A DNA stretch of 61,713 bases, the filler included, from Sluysia triapertura (taxonomy: Eukaryota): assembly GCA_046118255.1 (NCBI GenBank). It is 5 parts of 5 records of this genome, joined end to end, with 100 filler letters (N's around TTAATTAATTAA, not from the genome) between each part and the next. Parts side by side here need not be neighbours in the genome. Positions count along the whole stretch, not along the records: positions 1 to 16,357 come from JBJNIA010205815.1; 4 more parts are not named here. One strand, 5' to 3'. Shown in pieces: positions 1-13,201 of the stretch; position 1 is the stretch's first letter; every line of letters begins with the position of its first letter. The position numbers and the translations under genes are program-made. The notes under the pieces were generated by a model. That model was not told where the DNA came from and made no database searches. It worked only from the letters and a program-made list of their open reading frames with translations.

Positions 1-1334
1 AGATAATTGTGTTAAGATAAATTGAAAGATATTTTGTGCTAATAGATTAATTAATAGACCCTCTGACAATTGTTAAATAATTAGACTTTAATTAGTAAAT
101 TGTGCATTAAAGATTAAGGAATTCTTATAGCAGAATATTTTTGACTGTCATTCCTATAACTGTCTTCCTTAGGATTTAAATCGTAGATTATAGGCGAACC
201 CATAAATTATAAAAACTATAATTGTTGAGTAATTAGAAGAGATACCAACAATATAAATTTTGATGTTAATATTAATGACAATGCTCTAGTTTGAATACTG
301 ATCACATGACTATGGCTTATTTATTCTTATGACTTATAGTTTCCTAATCTAAATTTTTGAAATCCCTTTTGCATTATAAATGAGCATTAAAAATACTATT
401 AAATTATATTTTATAATGATTATTAATCTTTGTAAAAAAGATCTTTTTTTGTTTTAGTAAATAGTCAAGGCCGCTATACCACTTTAAAAACCAATGGCAA
501 TAAAATTAAATTCATTACTTAATGGTTAATCATCACTTTGTTTTAAATTTTATATTGATCTAATTTTTTGGGTCATTACAGTTTTGGATTCACATCGCCT
601 TGATTAACTCGATAAATATAAATGTTTATTAACGGTTTGATTTTTTATTTAACATTTATTTGTGATACATTGTATTGTGAAGGTTTAATATTTGTATATA
701 ATGAAAAAAATTAATAGTTTTCTAATTTGTAAAAATCAAGAATTAAATTAAAAAACAAAACAATTATATTAACATTTTCTCTTTTTAATTAAATAAAGTA
801 GTAGAAATAAATAAATGTTATAACTTTAATACAATTTTTTATAATTCAATTTTGTATCAATTTAAGACTAGTGAAACTTTATGAAATGAGAATTTTATAT
901 TTATTTTGTCAATTCTAAAATGTATTACTACAAAAAATTTTATGAATATTTTATGAGAATTTTCAACTATAAAAGGATTTAAAATTAAACTAATAACTAA
1001 TTATACTGAAATCAAGAAATTTATCTTAGCGAAGGATTTTTAATTACGTCAAATTAACATCTTCGAAAAGTTAATTATTTCCAATTCAAGAAACTAACAG
1101 AAATCAAGACGATTTTTCCTACGATTATAATCCATGCAGCCATAAGTTTTTATTGTTAAGGCTTTCTCTATTATTATCTTGGAGCCAAATCTGACTTAAA
1201 ATCTTTAATCTTTTGAAACTAAAAATTACTCCTGGTTTAAAATAAAATATAAATCCCATTAAGAATTTTACTTTTAATTGTTAATATAGTTTTTATGTAA
1301 CCATATATTTGTGCTCTTGTTAGACTTCGTAAAA

Positions 1335-1406
1335 TGGACTGACCGGGGATCGAACCCAGGACCTTCGATGCGCAGTGCGAATGCTCTACCACTGAGCTAT
1401 CAGCCC
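1335..1406 (-). tRNA. tRNA-Ala-like gene or tRNA-derived SINE head with an irregular anticodon arm
   Basis: The reverse complement reads GGGCTGA TA GCTC AGTGGTA GAGC A TTCG-CACTGCGCAT-CGAA GGTC CTGGG TTCGATC CCCGG TCAGTCC A. It has a 7-bp acceptor stem with G3:U70 (the Ala determinant), intact A and B boxes and intact D and T arms. The anticodon stem is only 4 bp with a 10-nt loop containing TGC. Confidence 0.7.
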
Positions 1407-2278
1407 CGTCTAACAATTTTATTTTTTAAATATATTCAATTATATTGATACTTGGCACATTTTAGGCCTTTTACCCCAACACTCTTTTATTTTAGTTATT
1501 TTGTTTAAATTTAATTGGACGCACAATTTTAATTTATATTCACTAATAAACACTAAATAATATCTTCAAGAAAATCTGCAAACTGTATAATGGCTAATGA
1601 AAGAAGAAACACATAATATAATGTTTGTTTGTTTTACAAAATATAGTACGTCAATTTAACCTTGTTAATTAGAAATATTTCGTCTTAAAAAACTACTTTG
1701 GGTTAAAATATCAATTTTTCAATTACAATTTTATCATTTACATCTGGAAACCAGAATTCTACTTGTTTCTGATGTAAAAGGTGGAAATTCTTTGTAAATT
1801 ACCTTCTTTTTGTCTCAAAAGACAAAAGAAATTATTAGTTTACCTCCATTTATTTATTAAAAAATCAAACTAAAATGATAATTGTAGCTCATCCGAATTT
1901 AGTTAAATTTTCATTTTCTTATTTAAATTCATTAGGATTTTATACAAATTACTCGTGTGCTTCAATTTAAATCGATGATACTATCCAAGAAATCTAATTA
2001 GTTACATTATTCAAATTATTAATCAACACATCCACAACTAAATTCATAAGTATCATCCAAGAATATCATTAATGTTAATCCACAATTATTTATAAAACAA
2101 TTCATTATGCCTTGTACAGTAGAAATGTCATACAGTATTGGTGCATGATAATTTCATTAACCAAAATCTTCATTCTATAATAACTCTTCCTCAGTTAATC
2201 CTTTCCAACAATTAACAAATCGAAATTATTACCAACAATTGCTAATCACTACTTGCTATTTATTATTCTTTTACTTAA

Positions 2279-2280
<2 letters not shown>

Positions 2281-2311
<31 letters not shown>
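2281..2311. repeat. (TAA)n microsatellite
   Basis: Direct read. Similar tracts occur at 16458-16534, 37798-37841, 38008-38042 and 50711-50771. Confidence 0.95.
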
Positions 2312-2313
<2 letters not shown>

Positions 2314-2567
2314 AAATAAATCAGTTATGTACATAAAATTATTATTATGCTAATAGTAAAATCACCATTTAAATGAGGTCGTTAAGATAAATATGGTATT
2401 ATATTACGTATAAGTACCAAACTATGAAAATACATTTTACAAAGACGCTGTATTTAGGAACGAAAACTGTTAATAAAATTTGGTTGTGGCATTGTCAATA
2501 GAAAAATCAAAATAGTTTAACTCCATCTATCAGTAGTTAATAGATTTAGCTGTCAAATATGAAGCTT

Positions 2568-2807
2568 TCAATTCAGAATATTGATATAAGAATCGATCTT
2601 TGTGCGATGTCGTTGAGACACACATTCGGCAATCCAAACAATGTTTCTCATTTCTTGTTCTTTCAATTTGATCAGCGAATAAAACACACCATAATGGAAT
2701 TGCTGCATAAAAGAATTTACATTTAATTTCACTTCATGCTCGAAAAACTTATCTTCCAATGACTTATCGTTACCAGTACCAACGCCATCGAATACTGCCT
2801 TGTACTC
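2568..2807 (-). CDS. ATP6V0D: V-type ATPase V0 subunit d, terminal exon
   Basis: Acceptor ttttag|GAG, then [29 protein letters not shown]...[26 protein letters not shown], the conserved subunit d C-terminus, ending in TGA. No upstream exons were recognised in the window. Confidence 0.93.
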   Translation of the reverse strand, partial: EYKAVFDGVGTGNDKSLEDKFFEHEVKLNVNSFMQQFHYGVFYSLIKLKEQEMRNIVWIAECVSQRHRTKIDSYINILN

Positions 2808-3826
2808 CTAAAATTACAATAAATAACCATTATATTTCAATATAAAACAATAAAATATTCCATTAAATAGATAAATTTCGCAAAATAAAGGAGAAATATA
2901 CAAAATATAAGGGACATTTTTAATGTTCAGTTAAAACTATTAAAAATGTCCTCAATTTTCTTCCAAGACAGCTTCCAAACGTTCGACTAAATTATCAATA
3001 ACTATCGCAGTTTTTTAAGTGGTCAATCAGCTCTTCTAGGGAACTAGGTAAATAAACAATGAGTGTATGTGACTGGTTAAAATAATGAATCCATTAAAAA
3101 TTCATTCAATTATTGTAAGATACTACATCAATAAAGGATATGCTTATAGACTAATAGTACCAAGACAAACGATTAAGTGAAACTATCAATCTGATTCGTC
3201 ATTATCAATAATACATGTATTGATGCATCCTACTACTGAAACATGCAATACAAATTTATTTTGGCAATTTACAATATCCTTTGTCTTAACAGTACCAATT
3301 AGTAAAATAACTACGGATAAGAGGTCTCATAAGTATTATAAAAATAATATGTTAAAATTGACAACAAGTAACAATAATACTAAGGTAATTCAATTATATA
3401 ATTGTACAAGTTATAAAAATCCATCATTAAAATCAATATATACTCTTACACCTTAATGATTACACTCTACATCATACTTACAACTAATATCACGATAGAA
3501 ATTACAAAATATTTAACACATAAATATAAAAATAATCAAATACTCAAGATTTAAGAGGTATAACAAATAAAGTAATGGGTGATTACCAGTGACGGTTATT
3601 TTCTGTATGACAGATAACCCAACTTTATTAATGTTGTTCAAAATTTTGCTATACTGAAATCAGGTTTTTTAAGTTTCTATAACATACATAATTTAATTTT
3701 TAAATTAGTTTTGTAATTACTTTAGGATCTAAACTTTAATGATTATGTTATTAACATTAAAATTGTTATTATCTTATATTTTTAATTACTATATTTCTTT
3801 TATTTTTTTAATAAGTAATTTAGACA

Positions 3827-4224
3827 ATGAGTTTTACACGCTGCCTTATCTGTCAAAAAAGCATACATAAAAGGTGTACAAAAACTATCCCATGCCAACT
3901 TAAAATTCACTTCAAATATATCAGCTATAGTTAGTGAACTTTTCGCTTTGTAGGATACAATTAGATGGAATTCAGGTTTTCGTAAGGGCATCTTTCTACA
4001 AGATTACACGTTCGAAAAATCAAAACATAGAAATTCAGGAGATCGAAATAACGCCACCGGAATATATAGGCGAACAAATTAAAAAATACACGATAGATAT
4101 TCCGCCTACAAATTTCTTTCCTGACCTAACGTGGTCTCAGAAGCACAATCGCCGCCAAATGCAGATAAGACAACTTTATGTGGAAGTGGGTCAGTATAAA
4201 AAAACATCAAAGACAAATAATTAA
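3827..4224 (+). pseudogene. Disrupted intronless ORF of unknown function with a Cys/His-rich N-terminus
   Basis: An ATG at 3827 gives MSFTRCLICQKSIHKRCTKTIPC..., which stops; coding-like sequence continues in ORF 3934-4224. GC content is higher than the flanks. Confidence 0.3.
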
Positions 4225-5688
4225 TTTAATTTCTTTTATTCTTTTCTTAAAATGTATTAGGTTTTCAAATAAATGAAGTTAATAATAATGTAATCGTTAA
4301 ATATAAACTTGCAATTGTTTTACATTGTTAATATTCTTTTAATTTCTCATGAATTCATTCTTTTATTTAGAATCAACAATGTCAAATTATCCATATACAT
4401 ATATTATACAATATCAATTCTTTTTATAATGGGATCGATCACTTTTGCGGTAAAATGATATTCCTTTTACATTTTTCAATTCAAAAATAACACCAAATTT
4501 TCTTAAGAATGAAATGGATCTACAATTTATCACGCATATTTATGGAATACAATTCAACCACAAATAAATATTGGTTATTGGTCATCCAGAAAATCAAGGC
4601 GTTATTTATAAATGCATCAAATAATTAGAAGTAGAAATATAAGAATTACTAACTACATTCGCTATTCTCTTCTATCAAAATTTCCACTTTTGTACTGATA
4701 ACGTGTACTGATAGTTTGACCTTTACTCATTTACCACACGAATATACAGAGAAAAAAATCTAATTTTTGTTGCAGTTAATTTAGCTCTGGATTTCACAGA
4801 TAAACAGTAAATCATCCGAGCATGTTTTACACCATATCAGACTTTTTCACTCTGATGCATTTATAAAACCAAGAATGAGAATTAAGAATTTTTGACTATG
4901 AATCAAAATTCTGAAAATTCTGGTTCAGAGAAATCTATGACAATGTGCTCGTAGCCTGCCTTCCAGAATTCATTATCAGAAAAATTTATATTTCATTAGT
5001 TTTATATAAACACTCAATGAACGATGTTTATGGTCCATCAATTATGCAATACAAAATGCGGTTTCAAGGTGTAAATAAAAGTAAAACAGTCGAAGTTAAA
5101 AATATGTATATCGAGGTAGTTTGAGATCCAGTTAAAGACCAGTATGAATGACAAGTGCACATGGTGAACATTTATGAACGCTATATTGATGTTATGTCTC
5201 AATTTTCGATATTGACCATTTAGGTATTATATTTTTTGTTATTTCTATTTTTTAATTATTGCTTATAAAAACAGTTCAATTTGTTTATTTATAAACTTTT
5301 TAATGTTATAATAATTAAAAATTTTGTTTATTGTGTTAATTTAGCTTTTACTAAAAATTAAATAAAATTTAAGAGAAATTTTTGAAAATTTAATAAATTC
5401 TAAACTTTTTAACAAAATAAATATTAATTAATATTTATATTTATTTTTATATATTTTGTATTTTCAGAGTGGAGAAATAGCGAAACTTTTGTAATCAAAA
5501 ATTGAAACATGAATCATTTTCGATAATATTATTGATTATTTGTTCAAAATATTTTTTAAATCTGATAATGATTGATAGTAACACTAATCAGAATCTTATC
5601 AAGTGCTTTTTCTTGCGTGTCTGCTGTAAAATCAATAGTTACATAATTATTTGGAATTTGTTTTTTAACGCTTCTGATGCAAATATCG

Positions 5689-6245
5689 CTAAATAGCTTC
5701 CTTTTTCGCACTTTTCAATTGATAGCAGAAGTAGATATGTTTACTGGATTCGAAATGTTTTAATTGACGATTCACTTCAGCCATTAACTCGCTACTGTAC
5801 GCTACGCTACAATTGTGAAGCTTTTTAAACTGCATTTCGTTTCTCGTACCGGTTTCGACTGACATCAAATAAGATACCCGACCTAATTCTTCGATAATAG
5901 TTTTAAAACGAACTATTGTTCCTTGCATGACTTTACCGCGCATAATAATAAAAGCAGCTACCACGTCGATCATTGCTCGTAATGCAATAGTTACAATATA
6001 AAAAAAGCAAAAAATCTCCCTAAGTATTTATACCAATGTCTTGTAAAGCTTTTCAAAATTGGCATGAAGAAAGACAATGAAACTGTAGTAAAACGTAATA
6101 ATAGTGATAACATGAAAAAGGAAAAGCGCACAAGAATAACATACTTGGATTGTCCCGAAATAATATTTAAACAGCCACTTGTGACGATTATATCATCTTG
6201 ATGTCTGCAGATTCCGTTTGTAAAAATCGTCAGCACCTATTGGAT
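5689..6245 (-). pseudogene. Decayed intronless ORF, hydrophobic or membrane protein fragment of unknown identity
   Basis: The frame of ORF 5689-5973 extends upstream through two stops (...ALFLFHVITIITFYYSFIVF...IALRAMIDVVAAFII...). It directly follows the CTH fragment. Confidence 0.35.
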
Positions 6246-6254
6246 AACATTCAC

Positions 6255-6782
6255 ATACTCTATTAATTAATGCGCATTATTACATAAGCACCATGATTTA
6301 AAGGTTGTTGAAAAACTGATGATACAAATATATTAATATTCTTATGAAAACTTTTGCTAATTTTAATAACTGCTTCAATATCAACATAATTTTCATCATT
6401 GGATTAGTTGGAGTTTCAATCCACATCATTTTAGTAGACGAAGTTAAACATTTCTTTAATAGTGCCAAATCTTGCAAATCAATAGCTTCACATGTTATTC
6501 CAAATTTCATAGCTACTTTCATAAAATAACGTCCAATTAATCCGTAAACATCAATAAAGTATAAAATTGCATCACCACGATTAAAATAATTAATAATAGA
6601 AAAATTAATGCACCTAATCCTGAAGCGAAAGCAGTAAAATAATGACCATTTTCCGTTGCTGCTATAGCTGTTGCTAATATTTCTCTATTATAATTACCAC
6701 CACGTGAATGATCGTATATGATTCTTGTAAAAAGTTGTAGATAATGAAATTGGTGGTATTATTGGTTGTCTTGCACCAACTT
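6255..6782 (-). pseudogene. CTH: Cystathionine gamma-lyase processed pseudogene (N-terminal half)
   Basis: Across frameshifts it reads PIIPPISLSTTF, YDHSRGGNYNREILATAIAATENG..AFASGLGA, DVYGLIGRYF, TKMMWIETPTNPMMKI and QQPLNHGA. These are Cys/Met-metabolism PLP enzyme motifs in the correct order. There are no introns, and it is truncated before the PLP lysine. Confidence 0.88.
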
Positions 6783-7394
6783 TACGATATACATAAGATT
6801 ATTTTCTTCCATTTGATCTTCTTTTGTTTGGTCTGCAATATTTCCACCAACAGAACTAGTATTCATATTAGGATCGCTACTAAACGGTTTTAATTTTGCT
6901 TCTATTGCATCCGAATATTCTTTTGATTTAAGCATAAGGCGATAAAGTGCTTTTACTATGGACGGTTTTAGATTGAGCAGATTTACTGAACTCAGTTTCC
7001 TTTTCAGATTTATTAATTAGTTCACGTATTTTCATTCTCATTTCTGAACCTAGTCGTGGCATCCGAACATTTAATTCGTTTATACACGCTGATAGATCTT
7101 TGGTAGATTCTAATATGTTTTGTCTTTCTTGTACCAATTGAATTGAGCAGAAGTGGGATTAATATTGTATATTACATATCCTTGTCTTCATTTCAGTAAA
7201 ATTATTCTGGTCATTATTATTGGTTAGACTTAGATGATGTATATCCCTTAATATTAACGAAGTTCTGGAATTTTAGTAAGAACAGCATAGTAAATCATCG
7301 ATTAATAAAATATTCGATAATAGTTGAATCACGTGAGCTTGTTTAATAATCACAAATATTTGAGCGAGTAAAAACATGGTTAGTGAATAAGTAA

Positions 7395-7637
7395 TATGTG
7401 GACGACGATCTTCTAGTTCGTTGTTATGGAAGCAAGAGAAGGAAAGATAAAAAATTATAAAGGAGTGGTAGCAAAATTAAAGGTGTTAAAAGAAATTCCA
7501 TTTAGTTTATTGTTATTTTAAAATTTTAAATACAAATTTAATGATTTTTGATGTAATGAGTGCTTTGGATGTTGTAAAAATGATTTTTAGTGTAATGTGA
7601 TGTATTAAAATTTTGTGTAAAGATGTTGGCCACCACA
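7395..7637 (-). mobile_element. Repeat module copy 1 (short), LTR/leader-like
   Basis: GT-rich on the plus strand, ends TTGGCCACCACA at 7637 and has ACGATCTT at 7405. Confidence 0.55.
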
Positions 7638-9264
7638 AATATAAAATCATATTGTTTCATTTTACGTAAACATTTGAATTATTCTTAGGATTTTGCTTTT
7701 TTGTGCATATAAATTTTACATTGTTAACTTTTATACATTGTTGTAATAAATAAAATTTAATCTGAAGTAATATTTTAAACATTGCTGAAACAATAAATGT
7801 TTATTTTTATTGTAATTAAAACGTTACTTCCCTTCAACCTTTTGTGTATTAGTGAATTACATAGTTGTAATATTATATAAAATAATAAATTCTCGTAAAC
7901 CAATAAATATTGGCTACATTAGTTGCATATTCATATTTCATTGGAGCAAACGTATTAAAAAATTTTATGTTGTTGGACACACAAAAATAATTGGAAAAAT
8001 ATTAGCAGATTGCAGAATAATTATAAATTAATTTTATGTTTAATTAAAAAGCTATTTTGGTTACAATAGAATTATAATGAAAATTCTCATTGTTTATAGA
8101 AATAATATTGTATCAAAGAATATTATTTGTTTTTCAGACAAAGTACTTTACAAGTAGTAAAGTACTGCATCAATCATATTAACAGTAATATTCACTTAAA
8201 TATAGGAAAAAATGAAGTACCTCAATTTCGTTCAATATTTAAGATATTTTATTTTAGAAGAATTTACACACGTGTTTCAAAAGTTTTCGAATGTTTGCAA
8301 ATAATTCACATTATCTGCATTAATATATCGACAAATTTAACAGAATTGTCTCCAAAAATCCACAATATTAAATATAGTTTCACAATTAGGCATTCTTATG
8401 TTTACTGAAATTTGCAATGATATTCAAAGACTACCATCATCAATTCAATTATCTATAACCAGCGAGAAACCGATGCTATACTTAAAAAGGAATTCACTTG
8501 AAAATCATAAAACTAAGCATAGAATAATGTGTGAAATTATTCATTGGTGCGTCTTTTATTTCAAATGACATTTTATAGAAATCTATTTATGTTTTATTCT
8601 GATTTTATTCCATATTATTGATATATACTGCAAATTTGTATTATAATTAATAATCTCGTTTATTATTGTTTTATCTCAAATCGAGTAGATCTTGCTCCAT
8701 TTCATACCAAATGGATATTTTCACCCATTTTATAAATAAGCAATATAATTAATTATGTAAATAAGTGCCAAATTTAATCAATATTAAGTTGAAGCTTGGA
8801 ACTGGGAATGAAATAAATTCTCCCCAATTGTCATTATTCGGCTTTGAGATTAAAATAAATCTTAACCGAGATCCGAAGCTAATTCACATTATGACATTGT
8901 ACGTAGTAAAAATTTTCTCTTATATTTAAAAGTTAAGAAACTTAAATTAAATTAAATTGTCAATGAAGTGATCAAAAAAAATAAATAAAGTGATAAAAAA
9001 ATTAGCTACTTGTTAAATCAAAAAATATATAAAATCAAAAGTAAGATTGAAATAAAATTTATATTTGATTTTAGTGAAAACTTAATAAAGTGTGAAATGA
9101 TTGATAAAAGTTATTATTCATCTTATGAATGCTACAAATTTTTCATCATCATCATCATCATCATCATCATCTATTTGGTGGGGTTATGTTTAAATTTGAT
9201 AAAGTTAGGTTTGAATTCATAAAATTAGCCTTGAGTGGATCTAAATATATTTGTGAATTTAGTC

Positions 9265-10169
9265 TTAATTGACAAAAAAATCTTTCAAGTTCAAGACAGT
9301 AAGTGCACGTACTGGTGTTGCACATCCTGCATGTAAAGCTCTGGTCAATGAATTTGCTTCCATGCAATCAACACAACGCATTTTTAAAAATTCATTACCG
9401 GATCTTGAAAGTTCATAACTCCAAAAATTATGAAATAATTTGATAATCTTTAACTTTTGTTTTCGTGTCTGAACTCTTTCTGTACACACTAAATTAATTC
9501 TAACACGAAAAAGTGATTCATGATTATAAAACGGTTTAAGCACATGAGCCCATTGATGCGAAGCTAACTGAACAAATAGAAAACCTTCTTCATTATCTTT
9601 AACTGAAATACACTTATTAGACATTTCAACTAATTTATCCATTAATTTCCCAATGTTACTTAATGGGTACAATTGTAAATTCGTGGCAATAGATCGATTA
9701 CAGTAACCAGACCTTACGAGATATTCACGAAGAGAAATAGGTTCTATTGTATTTATAAAATTGTGACATTCTGGATTCTGAATCAACACAGATTGAAATC
9801 CACTATCAATAATTATATTAAAATTTATTTTCAATTTTTCTATTGCGTCTCGATTAGAAGTAGAAGACAACATCAAAATAGACTCGTAATTATCAAGTGA
9901 ATCAATTGATTCGTTATCAGAATATGCGCCAAAAATAGATATTAAATTAGGATTCATATATTTGCAAACTTTACAGCATTCTTGATAATTGGGCATAAGA
10001 ATAATACTTTATATTTGTTATTGGTAATAACTGAAGGTATATTGTTATTCATTTTACCAGAATAGACATTTTTAATAGTATTTAAAATTACTTCAACCAA
10101 GTTTTCGAATTCAATTTGATTATCAAAGTCTACATTAACAATTTGTTCTTGTATCCAATTTAATTTCAT
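9265..10169 (-). CDS. Intronless orphan ORF (~300 aa if one frameshift near 9996 is repaired), with CxxC motifs
   Basis: The 243-aa ORF is unusually long for such AT-rich DNA and overlaps a 71-aa upstream ORF. It contains CCKVC and CVDC-x10-HAGC. Confidence 0.5.
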
Positions 10170-10329
10170 ATTATAAACTATACATTCAGGAAAGTGTAAT
10201 CGTCATATATCATTTGAAATTGGAGCAGTTAATATAATCAATATGTCGATAGACATAACAAAGGCGATAATAATGTTGTTGTATGTAGCTCAAAAAATGA
10301 TATTTTTATTTTAAATTATTATTAGTACT

Positions 10330-11448
10330 CGATGGCCAGAATTGTTTGCCAGAAAAATAATGAATTTTATTCTGGTTGGATGGCCAATAATATGAGTGCA
10401 ACATTTAATAAATTAGTTATAGTGAGTGATTAGCCATCATCAGTGTTGACATCAATCTGTTAACAGTAATGAACAATGTTAATACTGGTGATGGTAGAAA
10501 CAATTTTTGATGCATTAATAAAATTTTATCAATAATAATAATATAATGATAAAATTGGTAATAATGACAGTATTGATATTATTATCAATAAACTTGTATT
10601 CTTTAAAAACTGACATGAGCTTGCTTTTAATACTTTAATAATTCTTAACATATTTTAAATCTAAAAATAGTTGAATTGAATCCTATAACAATAACAAAAA
10701 TGGTGTTAAAGTTATTATTGTTATTAAATTACATAAATTGAATTCTTTAAAACTCTACACGATCTTCCTTTAAATCCTTTAGATTTCTTCACATATTGAA
10801 ATAAATCTAAATATATTTGAAACTAAAATCTCTGAATACAGATTAGTTTAAATGAATTTATATGTGATTAACGTTTCAAGGTATGATAGTAGTTTTATGT
10901 CGTCTAGTGAAATGGAGAATGTTAGAATGGATTTTTAGGTGGTGATTTAAGTTCTTGATTGAAGGTAATATTTGAATATTGGAAGATTTTGACCGCAAGA
11001 TGCATTAAGAAGAGTGTGGTTTGGTAAATGTGAAAAGATAAATTATAATACAATCCTTGGTATATTTGAAAGGTTATTGTGCAATGTTTTATGCGATTTG
11101 TTTATTTGTTGTTTTTAAGTGGTATTGTATTTTGTGTTGTTGGTGATTATGTAATGACAAATGCTGAATTCAAGGTGTTACAATTGATTCGGAGGTGTGA
11201 AGTAGATAATTTCAAATGTGGCTATTATTTGATTGTTATGAATGTCGAGTTACATATTTTTGATGGATTTGTTGGTGTAAATTGGTGATATTGGATGTAA
11301 ATGTGATGTATAAGTTATAAGATTGTGAATATGATTTAACTATGACAGATGAACTATTCTATAAGTGCAGAAAAGATGATATGTGAATATTAGAGTGTTA
11401 AAGGTTATTTTTTATCAAATTTAATAATATTAATGGTTGACCACCACA
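10330..11448 (-). mobile_element. Repeat module copy 2 (near full length)
   Basis: Ends TTGACCACCACA at 11448, with ACACGATCTT at 10757. TTTGAATATTGGAAGATT and AAGATAATTATAA blocks are shared with the 15.2-16.36 kb copy. GGTTGGATGGCCA lies at 10374. Confidence 0.65.
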
Positions 11449-12113
11449 AACAATAAGGAAATATTAAATCGATTGAATATTGAAATTGAAAAAGTTGAGG
11501 ATGCTACATCATTAAAAGTTAAAATAAAAACTACACATTATGAGTATAACAACAAATACCTTGGCGGATTAAAACAGAAGAACAGAAGAATACAAAACTG
11601 TTTTCAGAATTTAGAACGATCGAAAGAAGTCAATTCAAAGTCTCATGAATGTAAAGCTTTACTTACTGTTTAATCTGAAATTACATGATAACTTTAATAG
11701 TCTAAAGTATTTTACATTATTTTACATAACTATGACGAAAGAACAAAAAAAATTATAACGTGTCGATTTATTTAAAATTATATACAACTTTAACGTGTAC
11801 ATTCAACTTAGAACAAATTAAAATTATGTACGTCACTGTGTTATTTATTCTACGTGATCAGTATAGAATAATATATCAAAATTTCAAAGGTTCTGATTCA
11901 AATAAAATCATTTGGAATTTTATATTCTACAAACAAGTTTTTGGGGTTTTGCATTTTGATGGATAGATTATGGTCTGATCAACATTCACGCAATTCTTAG
12001 TTTTAAATATAAATATAATTATTGCTTCTTTTATTTTATTTTTTGAGTTACACTTACTTATCATTTCGAAGTTTAATAATATATTACAAAATACGTTAGT
12101 CAAATAAAAGAGT

Positions 12114-13186
12114 TTATTTATAAACATGTTTATTTATAAACTTAACACTTAAAATTTTAATATGTACATACTTGCTTCTGCATAACCTTCTTAAATTCTC
12201 CCGTGCTTCACTATCTAAAGAAAATTTAATACAATCATTATTATTATCTAAATACACAATAAATATTACTTTATTAGATTTTACTTTATGATTATTGCTT
12301 GCAGCTTTCGAGATCATAGACTGGATGCTTTCATCTAATTCTTGGATTTGTGTATTGGTCATTCCGTATATGTAATTGCATTTAGTTCCATTCTTTAAAC
12401 AGGTTCCCATTTCATCCGAAGAAAAAGGACAATAAGGGACGTTACCAATTACAAAACTTGTTTTGATTTTAACATTCTTGTGGAAGTTATGATAGTAAAA
12501 GAGATCAGCTTCATAATCTTCTTCATGAACGTATGGTTTGTATTTATCATCAATGTCGCTGAATCGTTGGCTACCTTTCATAATTTTCTTTTCTTTGATT
12601 CCATTATCATGATCATAGTTAAGATTCTTCTGATGATGCAACATGAGATCGCGGTCAATTTTATAATATTTGGAAAAATCATCAAAATTTATCTGTCTAT
12701 AAACTTTAACAAGTATGTGATTATACGGTGACTTTACAATACGTAATGTATTTTTTAAATGATATTTCAGACAAATACTGTAGCAACTTTCATATTGTCA
12801 TTATTAACATCGCAGTTTATTATGTAGAAATAATCGAAATGGTGAGTAACATCTTTATAATGTCTTTGGATTAGATATTCGTTGTTGTTTGAAATATTCC
12901 TTTGATAATTAACGACTAGATGAGTGTCGAGGTAATTTTCATGCATAATGTCCTTTTCAATTTGGTAATCAAAATTTTCTTTTGAATTATCTAATTGTGT
13001 TGAGGGCAATGATAAATTTATTTTTAAGAAACCATTAATATTTTTATCTATTTTAAATTTTTTATTGAGAAAATTTACAACATAAATTAAGTAAAAACAA
13101 TTCAACTTTAATTTTATAATTATAAACGAAATAGGCTTAAGGCCTGTAAAAATTAACAAATCTAAAACAGTAACAAAGTGTGACAT
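12114..13186 (-). pseudogene. Intronless ~350-aa ORF broken by a stop and a frameshift near 12755; C-terminal domain possibly an AID/APOBEC-like deaminase
   Basis: ORFs 12767-13186 and 12114-12644 are linked by a coding-like spacer. The C-terminal part has H-E-E, then FVIGNVPYC-x9-C, KVIFIVYL and ENLRRLCRSKYVHIKIL. Confidence 0.35.
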
Positions 13187-13201
13187 TTTATTATAATTGA
13201 A

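Noticed and set aside
5017-5223. In-frame TGA codons suggesting TGA=Trp or selenocysteine
   Set aside because: V-ATPase d ends in TGA and TFIIS uses TGG for Trp. Decay of TGG to TGA is the simpler explanation.
10380-10460. CTGATGA on the minus strand (also near 15340) as a hammerhead ribozyme core, as known from schistosome repeats
   Set aside because: A stem follows, but there is no GAAA or cleavage-site helix in the required position.
11079-11288. Short hydrophobic ORFs such as 11079-11288, 20320-20520, 26976-27236, 28279-28515 and 36798-36998
   Set aside because: Expected by chance from AT- or GT-skewed low-complexity DNA, with no motifs or splice support.
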